NCBI GenBank assembly: GCA_963773065.1
Contig: CAVYZN010000023.1
Coordinates: 115,493-179,492, forward strand
DNA length: 64,000 nucleotides
From: an uncultured Gammaproteobacteria bacterium
GTDB lineage: Bacteria; Pseudomonadota; Gammaproteobacteria; UBA9214
Reading direction: 5' to 3'
Shown here: positions 54,025-63,918 of the stretch, one piece after another
Numbering within the stretch: the first letter of the stretch is position 1
How the letters are laid out: each line of letters starts with the position of its first letter
Program-made: the position numbers and the translations under genes
The notes under the pieces: model-generated
Databases searched by the model: none
What the model saw: only the letters and a program-made list of their open reading frames with translations
Told to the model about the DNA's origin: nothing

Positions 54025-57000
54025 CTAGAACTCGTCTTCTTCCCGACGGCTGGTGTTCCGGCGGCGCAGCCGCTCGATCGCGAGGCGCTTGGCTTCCGGC
54101 GTGCCCCAGGGTGGATCGGCGGCCGGACGGATCCTGGTGCGTGGCCGCCGCCCGCCGCCGACTTTCCAGCGCCGCGCGTAGCGTGGCTTCCTGCTCCGCC
54201 AGTTCGCGCGCCTGTGTCTCCACGCGCTGAACCCAGCGTTCCGCGGCAACCGGTACGCTCGGCGGCGGCAGGTTCGCCCGCGCCAGAAAATCCCGCGCAC
54301 GGTCCCAGTGGAAATCGGGGGTGAATTCATGGATGAGAGGCAGGTTGAGGGCCTGATAGAGGGGTTGCCAGATCTCCTCCTCCGCCACCCGCCGGCGCAC
54401 CGCCAGGGCCGGATTGAACTGATACCAGCCCTGCGCCACGCGCCAGAAGAGCGCCCGGTTGTAGGCATATTCCCGGTCGACCTCGTTGCGGGACAGCACG
54501 CTGGAGACGTGCGGCCGCTGGTTGCGCTCGGGGCGCACCACGTTGGCCGGCATATACTCCCAGGCTGACAGCACGGCGGCGGTGTCGAAAGCGCAGTAGG
54601 GCCGGCGCCCCGCGTGGGTGAAGCGGGATTTGAACAGCACCCAGAGCGTCTGGAACAGGAAATATTCCGCGAGATGGCGGTCGATGCGGACCAGTCGTTC
54701 CCCCGCCTGTACGTCGATGCTGGCCGGCGCGACCAGCTCATGGATCGCGGCGAAGGGACCGCGCGCGAACGCAGGCGTATCGAAGGCCTCCTGCATGGCC
54801 CAGTGCAGGGCATTGCGGCCATAGTGGTCGGTGGCCAGGGGATCGGCGCCGCGCGCAAGCAGCGCCTCCAGCAGGGGCACGTTGCCGGCGCGCGCCGCCG
54901 CCATTAGCGGCGTCTGATTCATCGGCGTGCGGTGCTCGACGCCGTGCTGGTCACACTGGCGCAGGATGTCCTTGACGTTTTTCGCGTAATAGGCAGCGAA
55001 AGATTTGCGTCCCAGGCTGGCGAGTTGCTTCTCGTAGCCGCGCGCCGCGCCGAAACCGGCCTCGCTCGCCAGCCAGCCGGCCAGCGCCGGTTCCTGGTAA
55101 CAGGCGGCATATTCATAGAGCTGCTGCTTCTGCTTGCTCCCCGGCGCCTGCTCGCGGAACACCCTCGACCAGGGTCTCCCGCAGGCGCGCTTCGTCGAAC
55201 ACCGGCCAGGGCGGCGGCGTTTGCCTGAGGATGTCGCGCCGGATCGCCTCCGCCTGCTCCTGCTTGCCCTGCAGCTCCAGCCGGTGGGCCTCCTTCTGCC
55301 AGTCCTCGCGGGAAGACGCCTTCGCCTCGACCTGCGCCGAGGCGCCCGCGCCGAGGTCGAGCAGGGCGAACAGGGGATGCGCGGTGTCGGACTCGATGAG
55401 GTAGAGGTTCTTCACCGTCCGGGTCAGGGCGACGTACAGGGCGTTGACGAAGAACTTGTACACCTCCAGGGACTTGTCGGCTTTGTCCTTCGCCCGGCGG
55501 TACTCCAGGGTCTCGGCGGCGAGGTCTTCCCGGCGGACGCCGGCGACGAGCTCCGCGAATTCCGCCCGATGATCCGAGACGAAGCGGTAGAGAACGATAT
55601 TCTCGTACTCCAGCCCCTTGGCCTCATGCACCGAGAACAACAGCGGCGTGCCGAAAAACCGCCTGGCCGCCGCCTTGTCCTCATCGCGCATCACCAGCAC
55701 GGCCACCTGCGCCGACTGACGGGTCTTATGGTCGATGTCGCGCGTGACCGCCTCCGTGTCGGGCAGCAGGACACCCTGCCCCGGCTCGCCGCCCACGGCC
55801 TGGACCAGGAAGTTGCTTTCCCGGTCGATGGAGCCGAAACGCCGGTGCTTGATCTTGAGCAGCGTGTTCGCCAGCCGCGTCGTCTCGGCGCCGTTGCGGA
55901 AATTGGCGCTGAGCACGCGCAGCTCCTGTTTCGCGGCCAGTTCCGCGTCCCGCCAGAACAGGCCCTTGACCTGGCTCCAAGAGAAGAAGTTCGGGTGGAC
56001 GATCTGGTTGGAATCGCCGCAGAGCAGGAAATGGCCGGGCCGGGCGAGCGTCTTCAGCACCAGGGCGAGCTGCACGATGGTGAGATCCTGCACCTCGTCG
56101 ATGACGATGAAGTCATAGCGCGGCGCGGCCAGCGCCAGCCGTTCGTGGGCGAGCAGGTTGAGATCGTACAGTCCGCTTGCAGCCAGCCAGGCGCGGTATT
56201 TCTCATACAGGTCGTAGAGACTGTCGCGCATCGCCTCCGGGAAAATGGACTGGCGCACGCCGAGCGCCTGGTACTGCGCGCGGCTGAGGATGCCGTCGGC
56301 GCTCGCGGTGATGACCCCGCGGATCTCCTCGAAGGCCTGGTGCGCGTCCACCCCCTTGAAGCTCTGGCGCAGGCGCGCGAACCAGCCGGCGAACGCCTGC
56401 CAGCTCGCCTCGCGCCCCGCCGGGACGCGCAAGGTCTCGAGGAATTCCCGATAGGACAGGAAGGTGGCCTCCTGCCCCGGGTGCTCGAAACCGTTGGCGT
56501 AATAGAGATCGCGCGCGTTCCGCGCCAGGTAGGCCGAATGGGTGACGTAGAGCGCCTCGCCTTCGGCGTGCTTCAGTTTTTCCAGGGTCAGCGCGGTCTT
56601 GCCGCTGCCGGCGCTGCCCACCACGATCAGCGGCGGTGGCTTGAGATACACCGCCTGCTGCGCGTCGTCGAAGGAGATCGGCTTGTCCAGCAGGTGGATC
56701 TGCGTGCGCTCCGGATGCAGGTAGCGCAGCGGCTGCGCCTCCCGGGTCGCCTCGGTGACATCCATGTCCGGAATCTTTGCTTCGTCGATGGCCGCGCCCC
56801 GCAAGAAGCGCGACTTGTCGTACGCATGGTGTTCGATCACCTCGAGCATCAGCGCGCAGATCTCATTCTCGTGGCGCACCAGCACAAACAGCAGCCGGTT
56901 GGCGTAGTCGAGCTTGGCCCGATAGAACTTGCCATGGGTGAGACCGGCGAGCTTCTTGACCTCGGCCGTACGGAAGTCATCCCGGGCGATGGCGTCCACC

Positions 57001-57062
57001 ACCTTGCGGTACTGGGCGTCGACGCGCGTGGTGTCGAGACCGGTGTACTCAAGTATCTTCAT
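54025..57062 (-). CDS. SF1 (UvrD-like) helicase with RelE-like N-terminus and ankyrin repeats (frameshifts near 55165 and 54130)
   Basis: GSAGSGKT, DEVQD, GDSNQ, NFRN, VHEAKGLEY, YVALTR; TPLMAAARAGN..LLARGAD. Confidence 0.82.
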
Positions 57063-57681
57063 GGCGTGCGCGGCAGAATCTCGATGCGATGATCGCCTGG
57101 CGGGTCATCCGTCCGCGCCGGGACCGGGCGTGACGGCAGGCGAGACCGGCCGGGCGGCACGGAAAACCATAGGAAGAGGATTGAGCGGGAGACTCGCCAT
57201 GGGGACGCTCCGTGACCAGAGGGGGGACATTTTGTCATCGCACCCTCGCCGTCACAAGAACCTTCCTGGCGCCGCCTTGCCGGTAAACCGAAAGGCGTAT
57301 GGGGTGCCTTGGGTTGGCGCCAGAGCGCCGTGTCCGGCAGCTGCCTCTGGCAATTTGACAACCGGTTTCAACGTCAGATATCTGGCGTCCAGATTGTACC
57401 TGCCGCGCAACTTATACCAGGAGGCTGCATTAACACCTTCTCCCGAATGCCGCGGCTATCCCCATCATGGTTCACGGCACGGCATGATTTATAATGGAAC
57501 TTAACAAGGATTTATTAAGGACCATCGATGACTCACGATGACCTGGCAATGCATTGCCACGCAACGATAAACCCCATGGGCAGGCGTGCATTCATCCCGC
57601 TTCGAAGCGGGGTACCGACGAGAGCGGATTCCCGCCAGGTAGCGGGTGACGGATCGCGCCGGGCGCGGATGGCTGCCTGAC

Positions 57682-57933
57682 ATGATCCGGCTGCGCTATT
57701 TCGCCAGTCTGCGCGAGCGCCTGGGCATGGCCGACGAATCGATACCCCTGCCCGAGGCGGTCACGGATGCCGCCGGACTGAGGCACTGGCTGCAGGGTCG
57801 CGGGGGGATCTGGAGCGAGGCGCTGTCCGATCAGCGGCTGCAGGTGGCCATCAACCAGGAAATCGGCAAACCCGGCACCCCGGTCCGCGATGGCGACGAG
57901 GTCGCCTGGTTCCCGCCGGTCACGGGAGGCTGA
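57682..57933 (+). CDS. moaD: Molybdopterin synthase sulfur carrier subunit
   Basis: YFASLRE, VAINQE, FPPVTGG C-terminus. Confidence 0.95.
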   Translation: MIRLRYFASLRERLGMADESIPLPEAVTDAAGLRHWLQGRGGIWSEALSDQRLQVAINQEIGKPGTPVRDGDEVAWFPPVTGG

Positions 57934-57938
57934 TAACC

Positions 57939-58361
57939 ATGATACGCATTCAGCACGAGGACTTCGACCCGGGTGAGGAACTCGAAAAACTGCGCGAGCA
58001 AGCCGGCGGGCAGGCCGGCGCCCTCGTGAGCTTCATCGGCCTGGTCCGCGACCTCAACGCGGGTGAGCCCATCGAGCAGATGACGCTGGAGCATTACCCC
58101 GGGATGACCGAGAAGGCCCTCGCCGGGATCGAACGGGAGGCGCGAGCGCGCTGGAACCTGACCGGCGTCGTCATCATCCACCGCGTCGGCCCGCTGCACC
58201 CGAATGACCGCATCGTCCTGGTGGCCGCCGCCAGCCCTCACCGCCGCGAAGCATTCCAGGCCTGCGAGTTCCTGATCGACGCCCTCAAGACCGGCGCGCC
58301 GTTCTGGAAAAAGGAACTCACCCCGACCGGTATGCGCTGGGTCGACACCAACAACCCATAG
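57939..58361 (+). CDS. moaE: Molybdopterin synthase catalytic subunit
   Basis: FIGLVR, LEHYPGMTEK, HRVG, APFWKKE. Confidence 0.96.
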   Translation: MIRIQHEDFDPGEELEKLREQAGGQAGALVSFIGLVRDLNAGEPIEQMTLEHYPGMTEKALAGIEREARARWNLTGVVIIHRVGPLHPNDRIVLVAAASPHRREAFQACEFLIDALKTGAPFWKKELTPTGMRWVDTNNP

Positions 58362-58550
58362 TGGCGTTCCCCCCATGTTACTTAAATGGGGGACCGTAAT
58401 TGATCACCAGCAAGCCTATTTATGACCCCATTCCTCTAGGGTACGAACTCACGTAGCTACTTTAGCGGCATCATTATTAAAGGTGTAGTGAGTGCGTGCG
58501 GCCACCCTGGCGTTCGCTCTGCAACGAGCCGCTCACGCCAGGGCGTCTTT

Positions 58551-58627
58551 CCGCGCAACAGCAGCCTTGAAAGGTCGAGGTAAGCGCGCCGCGCTTTCCG
58601 AGGTCTTCTCAAAGGTTTAGTTAGGGC
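58551..58627 (-). other. attC-like site after the DUF4145 gene
   Basis: GCCCTAAC containing the stop codon, CCTTTGAG / TTTCAAGG boxes, central palindrome, GTTGCGC end. Confidence 0.45.
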
Positions 58628-59244
58628 TTTCTCCCTGTCTTTATTTCCTTTGACAGCTCGGGCAAAACATATATGGTTCTCAAAACCGTTTCTGCAATTT
58701 CAAGTGCGGCCACCAATTCTTTCGGCTTTGCTGAGACCACCTCGTGAGCTGCAACATTACCGAGAAATCTATGTCCGTGAAGAATATCTGCCTGTGCAGC
58801 TGACAATACTCCATTGACTGCCAATCCATCAATTAGCTTTTCAAGACTCGTTCCAGTAATTCCGCGATCCCTGCATACTGCTTCAATAAGTGCTCTCAAT
58901 CCTATAGCGGATAATACGGAGAGTTGTGCGTTCATTGCTCCAATAATTTCTAGGTATACTGAGCGAATCTTTGCCGGCAACTGATCATCATCCGTCATAG
59001 GCTGCCGCTCTGTTGCCGATCGCGGATAGGTCTTCCACGTCAAATCTGTTTCGCCCGTATGTGGGTTCCAGTCGTCCTCATTCCAACTTGAGATTGCATA
59101 GGTGAACGAATCACACCCAGCGCACTGTGCAAAGTAATGGTGTTCGCCCCGAGGATCTTCGTATTCTGGATCGAAGCTAACACTCTTTTCAGCAATCACT
59201 GTATGGTTCGTGTGAGTACCGCAACGATGGCAGAATAGCTTCAT
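58621..59244 (-). CDS. DUF4145 (HEPN-like) protein with N-terminal Cys pairs
   Basis: CHRC..CAGC, LRALIEAVC, RFLGNVAAH; AT-richer than host genes. Confidence 0.8.
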   Translation of the reverse strand: MKLFCHRCGTHTNHTVIAEKSVSFDPEYEDPRGEHHYFAQCAGCDSFTYAISSWNEDDWNPHTGETDLTWKTYPRSATERQPMTDDDQLPAKIRSVYLEIIGAMNAQLSVLSAIGLRALIEAVCRDRGITGTSLEKLIDGLAVNGVLSAAQADILHGHRFLGNVAAHEVVSAKPKELVAALEIAETVLRTIYVLPELSKEIKTGRKP

Positions 59245-59593
59245 GTCTTCTTTCCTTTGACCTATGTCACAATTCAGCGTCTGCTAGGTTTCAAAATTAC
59301 GCTCTCTCAGCTCTTCGCAAGCACCATCCAGACCGGGGAATAGCGATCCGGCGGTTATTCCCATATAGCTGAGTTCTTGCACCACTGTTCGTCGTTCGGA
59401 CACCGGCAAATCGATTGCCCATAGGTACGTCTTCCTGTTTGCTTCTATTAACTTGATGTAACTCTCAATGTCGTCGATGTTCGTTACCGTTGAAGCGGCC
59501 TGTTGCGGGATCATTCTTTCATTCTCAATAGCCAAGTACTCGCCGATACTTAGGTGCGGCACTGAGAGCAAGATTTGATGAAATTGTCTCAAG

Positions 59594-60220
59594 TTAAATG
59601 ACCCCCGGCAAAGCCGGGGGCTTATTGGGCGAGCGCCTCAAAGGCGCCGATAAACCCATGAGCCGCCTGAAGGCGGCCAACTACTCCACCAACTTCATCT
59701 GATCGTACCGCTCATCTTCGGCTTCCTGGTTGCGAATGTACGCCCGCACCATCGCCTCATCCAGCCCGACGGTGGAAACGTAGTACCCGCGTGCCCAGAA
59801 ATTCTCCCCGGTGAAATTGCGCTGCCGGCCTCCGTACTTCCGCGCAATCTGGATCGCGCTCTTGCCCTTGATGTAACCCACCACATTCGATACCGCATAC
59901 TTCGGCGGAATGCTGATGCACATGTGGATGTGATCCGACATCAGATGCCCCTCAACTATCTTCGATCCCTTGTGCCCAGCAAGCTCGTGCAGCATCTCAC
60001 CCAGGTGCTTCCGAACAGCGCCAAAAATCCGTTTCTTCCTCCGCTTCGGAATGAATACCACATGGTACTTACAATCCCACCTCGTATGGCTAAGACTCTG
60101 GTACTCTTTCATCGGTGAACCTCCTTCTCTTGGCAGAGATCGGAGATTCACGGATGACCGCCGTATAGGTCAAACCCCGGTGAGTCCCCCGGCAGAGCCG
60201 GGGGCTTACCTCATACTGAG
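59594..60220 (-). mobile_element. IS200/IS605-family element (tnpA only)
   Basis: CCCCCGGCA(A/G)AGCCGGGGG hairpins at both ends; removing it restores the FRG reading WKAD-LRQF. Confidence 0.9.
59681..60112 (-). CDS. tnpA: IS200 Y1 HUH transposase
   Basis: CKYHVVFIPK, DHIHM, IKGKSA, FWARGYY, YIRNQ. Confidence 0.95.
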   Translation of the reverse strand: MKEYQSLSHTRWDCKYHVVFIPKRRKKRIFGAVRKHLGEMLHELAGHKGSKIVEGHLMSDHIHMCISIPPKYAVSNVVGYIKGKSAIQIARKYGGRQRNFTGENFWARGYYVSTVGLDEAMVRAYIRNQEAEDERYDQMKLVE

Positions 60221-61210
60221 TCAGCCTTCCATTGCGCTTGGTCCAGTACGTGAATTCGTACCCTATCAGATGCAGGGGCATTCGTCGCGGTCTGGTTCGA
60301 TACCCCACGGTAGGCAAAAAACGCGGCGACATATGGTGAGTACGTCCAATCCAGCAAAGGTGTGGGATAACCGTGATGTTGTACGAGGTTGAAAAATGCA
60401 CCGTTCTCATTCGGAATTTCCAGATTGAACACGTGCCGAGTTCGAGCGCTTAGATGTTTGTGAAGTATCTGAATGTCTTCATTGAGAAAACGGTGCAAGT
60501 GTGCTCGACCTAAGCGGTGAAACGACGTACGGAGTCGCCACGGCTTGTTTCTGACCTCGAAACAAGTGACGACGCCCCTCCAAATGGGACACATAGTTCT
60601 TGAAACTCGCCCAGTCCACGACCTCTGGGAGCGGTATAGATCCGAGGCGTCGGCGGCCTTCGAGCGCGGAAGTTCGCATGAGCCTTGTGTACCAATATTT
60701 GTCGTCCACGTCATTTTTATTGTGGTTTCTGACCACTCGCCATTAGCGTCAGCGTATTGCGGAATTACGACATCTTGTCCGAAGTGCCTCTTCACGTTCT
60801 CCCAGGAATCCGTGACTCCGGTGTTTGGATCGACGGAGAAATAAAGCCGGTTCGAAACGAGAACATGCGGCCTTTACTTGTGGTTTTAAACCATGCCACG
60901 AAACTTGGGAGAGCACCGTTCTTGTCGTTGACATATGCTTCCCCCTCGAAACACGAGGGCCGCTCATCAACATTGATGAGCATTTGTCCTGCATTAGTTC
61001 CTGAGTATTGTCCGATCCAATGCCCTTTCATGCACGCACCTAGAGACTTCTGAAACCTAATATGCGGATTATGTGGTATTGGGTAATAGGTCGTTTCCAC
61101 CTATTGCCGTCACAGACGCAGATTACTAGAGAATCGGACCCCGAACCATCCTATGGCGATCAGCTCAGGCGTGTCGAAATCAGACTCACAGATTATGTAC
61201 GTAGAAATAC

Positions 61211-61733
61211 GGATCTTCAGCGGAATTAGTGGGCCGAATTGCTAAGACATGAGAAATTTGTAGAGTTTTTTACAGGTGCTGTCAAAGGGTTTCTGATCTT
61301 CGGGATGCAGGGGATTACGTAGCAACGGTCCGCCTTCCGCATCAATGGCATTGATCACCAGATCCTTGGCGGAGAGTTTGCGTAGCGACTCATCCCAGTT
61401 GATGGCAGTGATAATCTCTCCGCCCAAGGCCCAGAGGTTATCGACATGGCGCTTGAGGGTGCGTTTGGTAAGACCCTGCTTGATCAGGTGCTCGATAAAG
61501 GGCGTCAGGACGGTGACAATGGCTTTTCCGATGGTCCGGTCCGGTTGGTCGATCATCCAGCTATCGGGCCATTCATCGAGATCCGGGACATAGGCCAATA
61601 CCTCCGGGGATGAGGAGGACTCGGCGGATATTTTCTCAGCAGGCGTAGACTTGCTCATGGGCGTTCATCCGATGCTGGAGGGAGGACCATGTTGTTGACC
61701 ACGATACTCAATCAATGCTATCGGTTCAAGGGG
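61211..61733 (+). mobile_element. Truncated ISL3-like element
   Basis: End-like GGATCTTCAGCGGAATTAGTGGG at 61211; GGAGG RBS then MLLTTILNQCYRFKG from 61689. Confidence 0.5.
61242..61658 (-). CDS. Hypothetical protein, 138 aa
   Basis: Intact ORF with protein-like composition. Confidence 0.75.
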   Translation of the reverse strand: MSKSTPAEKISAESSSSPEVLAYVPDLDEWPDSWMIDQPDRTIGKAIVTVLTPFIEHLIKQGLTKRTLKRHVDNLWALGGEIITAINWDESLRKLSAKDLVINAIDAEGGPLLRNPLHPEDQKPFDSTCKKLYKFLMS

Positions 61734-61815
61734 GGAAATGGGGACATTCTGGTTTAACGCCCATGGCGCTGCAGGCGCGGATGGATATCGAAAAACCAGA
61801 ATGTCCCCATTTCCC
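61733..61815. repeat. 23-bp perfect inverted repeat hairpin
   Basis: GGGAAATGGGGACATTCTGGTTT ... AAACCAGAATGTCCCCATTTCCC. Confidence 0.85.
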
Positions 61816-61817
61816 GC

Positions 61818-61947
61818 ATGCCTGACTAGCGGCGCGTATGGCAAGCGGGCGTGACGTATTTCTTCACGGTCAACCTGCTGCAAAGGACCGGCAACAATCT
61901 GCTGACACGGCAGGTGGCGTTGCTGCGCGAGGTAGTGCGTGCGGTGG
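61818..61947 (+). pseudogene. REP-associated tyrosine transposase (RAYT) 5' remnant
   Basis: MPD*RRVWQAGVTYFFTVNLLQRTGNNLLTRQVALLREVVRAV. Confidence 0.8.
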
Positions 61948-61982
61948 GGGGAAGCGGTGGTTGTATGGGTATGATCGAGAAG

Positions 61983-62008
61983 TTGACAGAGTGTACGTCA
62001 TTGACGTA
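61983..62008 (+). promoter_or_regulatory. TA promoter/operator
   Basis: TTGACA followed by the palindrome TACGTCA-T-TGACGTA just upstream of the toxin ATG. Confidence 0.6.
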
Positions 62009-62018
62009 GTGTTATTCC

Positions 62019-62347
62019 ATGCTGACCGTGGCCGAAACGGAATTATTCAGCCGCTATGCCGCCGACTATTGGACTGAGGCGGAACACGAGAGTTCGTCGC
62101 CTGGAATGCGATGAATACCGAAGCGGGCGACGTCATCCCTGGCACCGGTGGTCGCCGCAAGCTCCGCTGGACACGCAGCGGCATGGGCAAGCGCGGAGGT
62201 GTCAGGGTGATCTATTTCAATCGGCTGAACGAAGGCATGCTCTGGTTGTTGCTGATCTCCGGCAAGAGCGCCCGGGACAACGTTCCCGCGAATGTCCTTC
62301 GAGCCATACGCGATAAACTCATTATGACTAAATTCACCAGCAAGTAA
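62019..62347 (+). pseudogene. HigB-2/RelE-like toxin (frameshifted)
   Basis: MLTVAETELF; AGDVIPGTGGRRKLRW..GKRGGVRVIY. Confidence 0.8.
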
Positions 62348-62634
62348 CTCCAGAAGCGTGACGCCGCGCGCGACATCGGCGAGGAACTGTTGCAAGCGGT
62401 GCGCGACATGAAGCGCGCCGCGCGGCGCGTACGCATAAAGTGGGAATGCCCGTCGCCGCCGCCGCACGCGCCAGGACCGGCCTGACCGAGGCGCAGTTCG
62501 CGACCCTGCTCGGCGTGTCGGTGCGCACCCTTCAGGAATGGGAACAAGGGCGCCGCGAACCCAGCGGCTCCGCCAAATCGCTTCTGCTCATCGCATTGCG
62601 GCATCCGGAGGTGCTGCGGGAGTTGGCGGCGTAG
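62323..62634 (+). pseudogene. HigA-like HTH antitoxin (internal stop and frameshift)
   Basis: RDIGEELLQAVRDMK; ARTGLTEAQFATLLGVSVRTLQEWEQGRREPSG. Confidence 0.8.
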
Positions 62635-62673
62635 ACATTTCAAAAAATGCGCGGGTGTTGCTGCGCAACGCCT

Positions 62674-62705
62674 GGTGGGTTACGCAAGATACGCTAACCC
62701 ACCCT
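62674..62705 (-). repeat. GTAG-type REP, interrupted by IS110
   Basis: GGTGGGTTACGC..GCTAACCCACCCT, continued by ACAT after the IS. Confidence 0.8.
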
Positions 62706-62719
62706 TGTATCTTAATCCC

Positions 62720-62900
62720 GTAATGGTTAGCTACCATTACCCGAGACGGAAAGAGCCTGAGCCCACCCTGAGACGGTTGAGTCTGGGATGTAGATGAGGC
62801 CTTCCGTCTCCCTTTAATGCCTTCTGAACACTGAACGGTATCCAAGGTCCCGTCGAGGCGCGGTGAACCTGCATGGACAAGGAAAGTGGGGATTGAAGGC
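62720..62900 (+). ncRNA. Predicted IS110 bridge RNA
   Basis: 5' hairpin, target loop in GAGACGGAA/TTCCGTCTC stem, donor loop in GCCTTC/GAAGGC stem; guides match target and donor. Confidence 0.85.
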
Positions 62901-62925
62901 GGGTGGTTTCTGCTAAGGAGTGATC

Positions 62926-63918
62926 ATGATTTACCTCGGAATTGATGTTTCCAAAAAGAAACTGGACGCGAAGCTGTTGCTTGACCCGGCGCAGGTGAAA
63001 TTCAAATCCAAGTCGGTCACCAACACGGCGCAAGGTGTCGCGGAGCTCTTGGCGTGGACGCTGCGACACGGCGGTTGTGGGGTTGATGGGGTGCACGCGC
63101 TGATGGAGGCGACCGGTGTCTACCATGAGCTTGCCGCCACGGCCCTGTTTGATGCCGGGGTGCGGGTGTCGGTGGTCAATCCGGCGCAGCTCAAGGAGTT
63201 TGCGCGTGGCCTGGCGGTCAAATCGAAAAACGACGGCATCGACACGGCGGTGCTGGCGCGTTACGGGGCGCTGCTCAACCCCGCTCCCTGGCAGCCCGAG
63301 CCCCGGGAGTTGCGGGAGTTGAAGGCGCTGCTGGCGCGCCTCGATGCGATCGAGGCGGATCCGCGCCGGGAGTCGAACCGTCAGGAGAAAACCGAGCACG
63401 CCACCGTGCCCGCCGAGGTGTTGGAATCGCTGGCAAAGAGCGTGGCGTTTCTGCGTGAAGAACAGGCACGCCTGCAACAGCGCATCAAGGATCACATCGA
63501 TGGGCATCCCACGCTGCGCCAGGACCGGGCGCTGCTGCAGACGATCCCCGCCATCGGGGATAAAACCGCGTTTCGCATGCTGGCATTGCTGCGCAGCCGC
63601 GCCTTCGCTTCGGCGACCCAGGCCGCCGCCTACGTCGGCTTGGTGCCGGTGGAGCATCAGTCGGGTAGCAGCGTCTGTAAACGCCCGCGCCTGTCCAAGG
63701 CCGGCAACGCCCGCTTCCGGGCTGCCTTGTATATGGCCGCCGTCGTTGCCACACGCTATAACCCGGACGTCCGCGCCCAATATCAACGCTTGCTGGCAGC
63801 GGGGAAGTCCAAAATGAGCGTGCTCGGTGCCGCCATGCGCAAACTGGTACATATCTGTTTTGGCGTGCTCAAGCATCAAACACCTTATGTCGCTCACTGC
63901 GGACAAAAATACCCTTGA
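62926..63918 (+). CDS. IS110 DEDD recombinase
   Basis: GIDVSK, MEATG, KNDGID, QSGSS, SKAGN, AAMRKL; AAGGAG RBS. Confidence 0.96.
   Translation: MIYLGIDVSKKKLDAKLLLDPAQVKFKSKSVTNTAQGVAELLAWTLRHGGCGVDGVHALMEATGVYHELAATALFDAGVRVSVVNPAQLKEFARGLAVKSKNDGIDTAVLARYGALLNPAPWQPEPRELRELKALLARLDAIEADPRRESNRQEKTEHATVPAEVLESLAKSVAFLREEQARLQQRIKDHIDGHPTLRQDRALLQTIPAIGDKTAFRMLALLRSRAFASATQAAAYVGLVPVEHQSGSSVCKRPRLSKAGNARFRAALYMAAVVATRYNPDVRAQYQRLLAAGKSKMSVLGAAMRKLVHICFGVLKHQTPYVAHCGQKYP

Larger units (their letters stand above)
59284..61031 (-). pseudogene. FRG domain protein interrupted by IS200
   Basis: HLFRGQ, LRTSFHR, QHHGYPTPLLDWTYSPYVAAFFA; C-terminal NERMIPQQA..MGITAGSLFPGLDG beyond the IS. Confidence 0.85.

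Noticed and set aside
55134-57092. 652-aa plus-strand ORF
   Set aside because: Antisense shadow of the helicase gene
57682-58361. MoaD/MoaE as a ubiquitin-like defence system
   Set aside because: Canonical molybdopterin synthase pair with host-like codon usage; no E1/E2/JAB neighbours
62737-63906. 389-aa minus-strand ORF
   Set aside because: Antisense shadow of the IS110 recombinase
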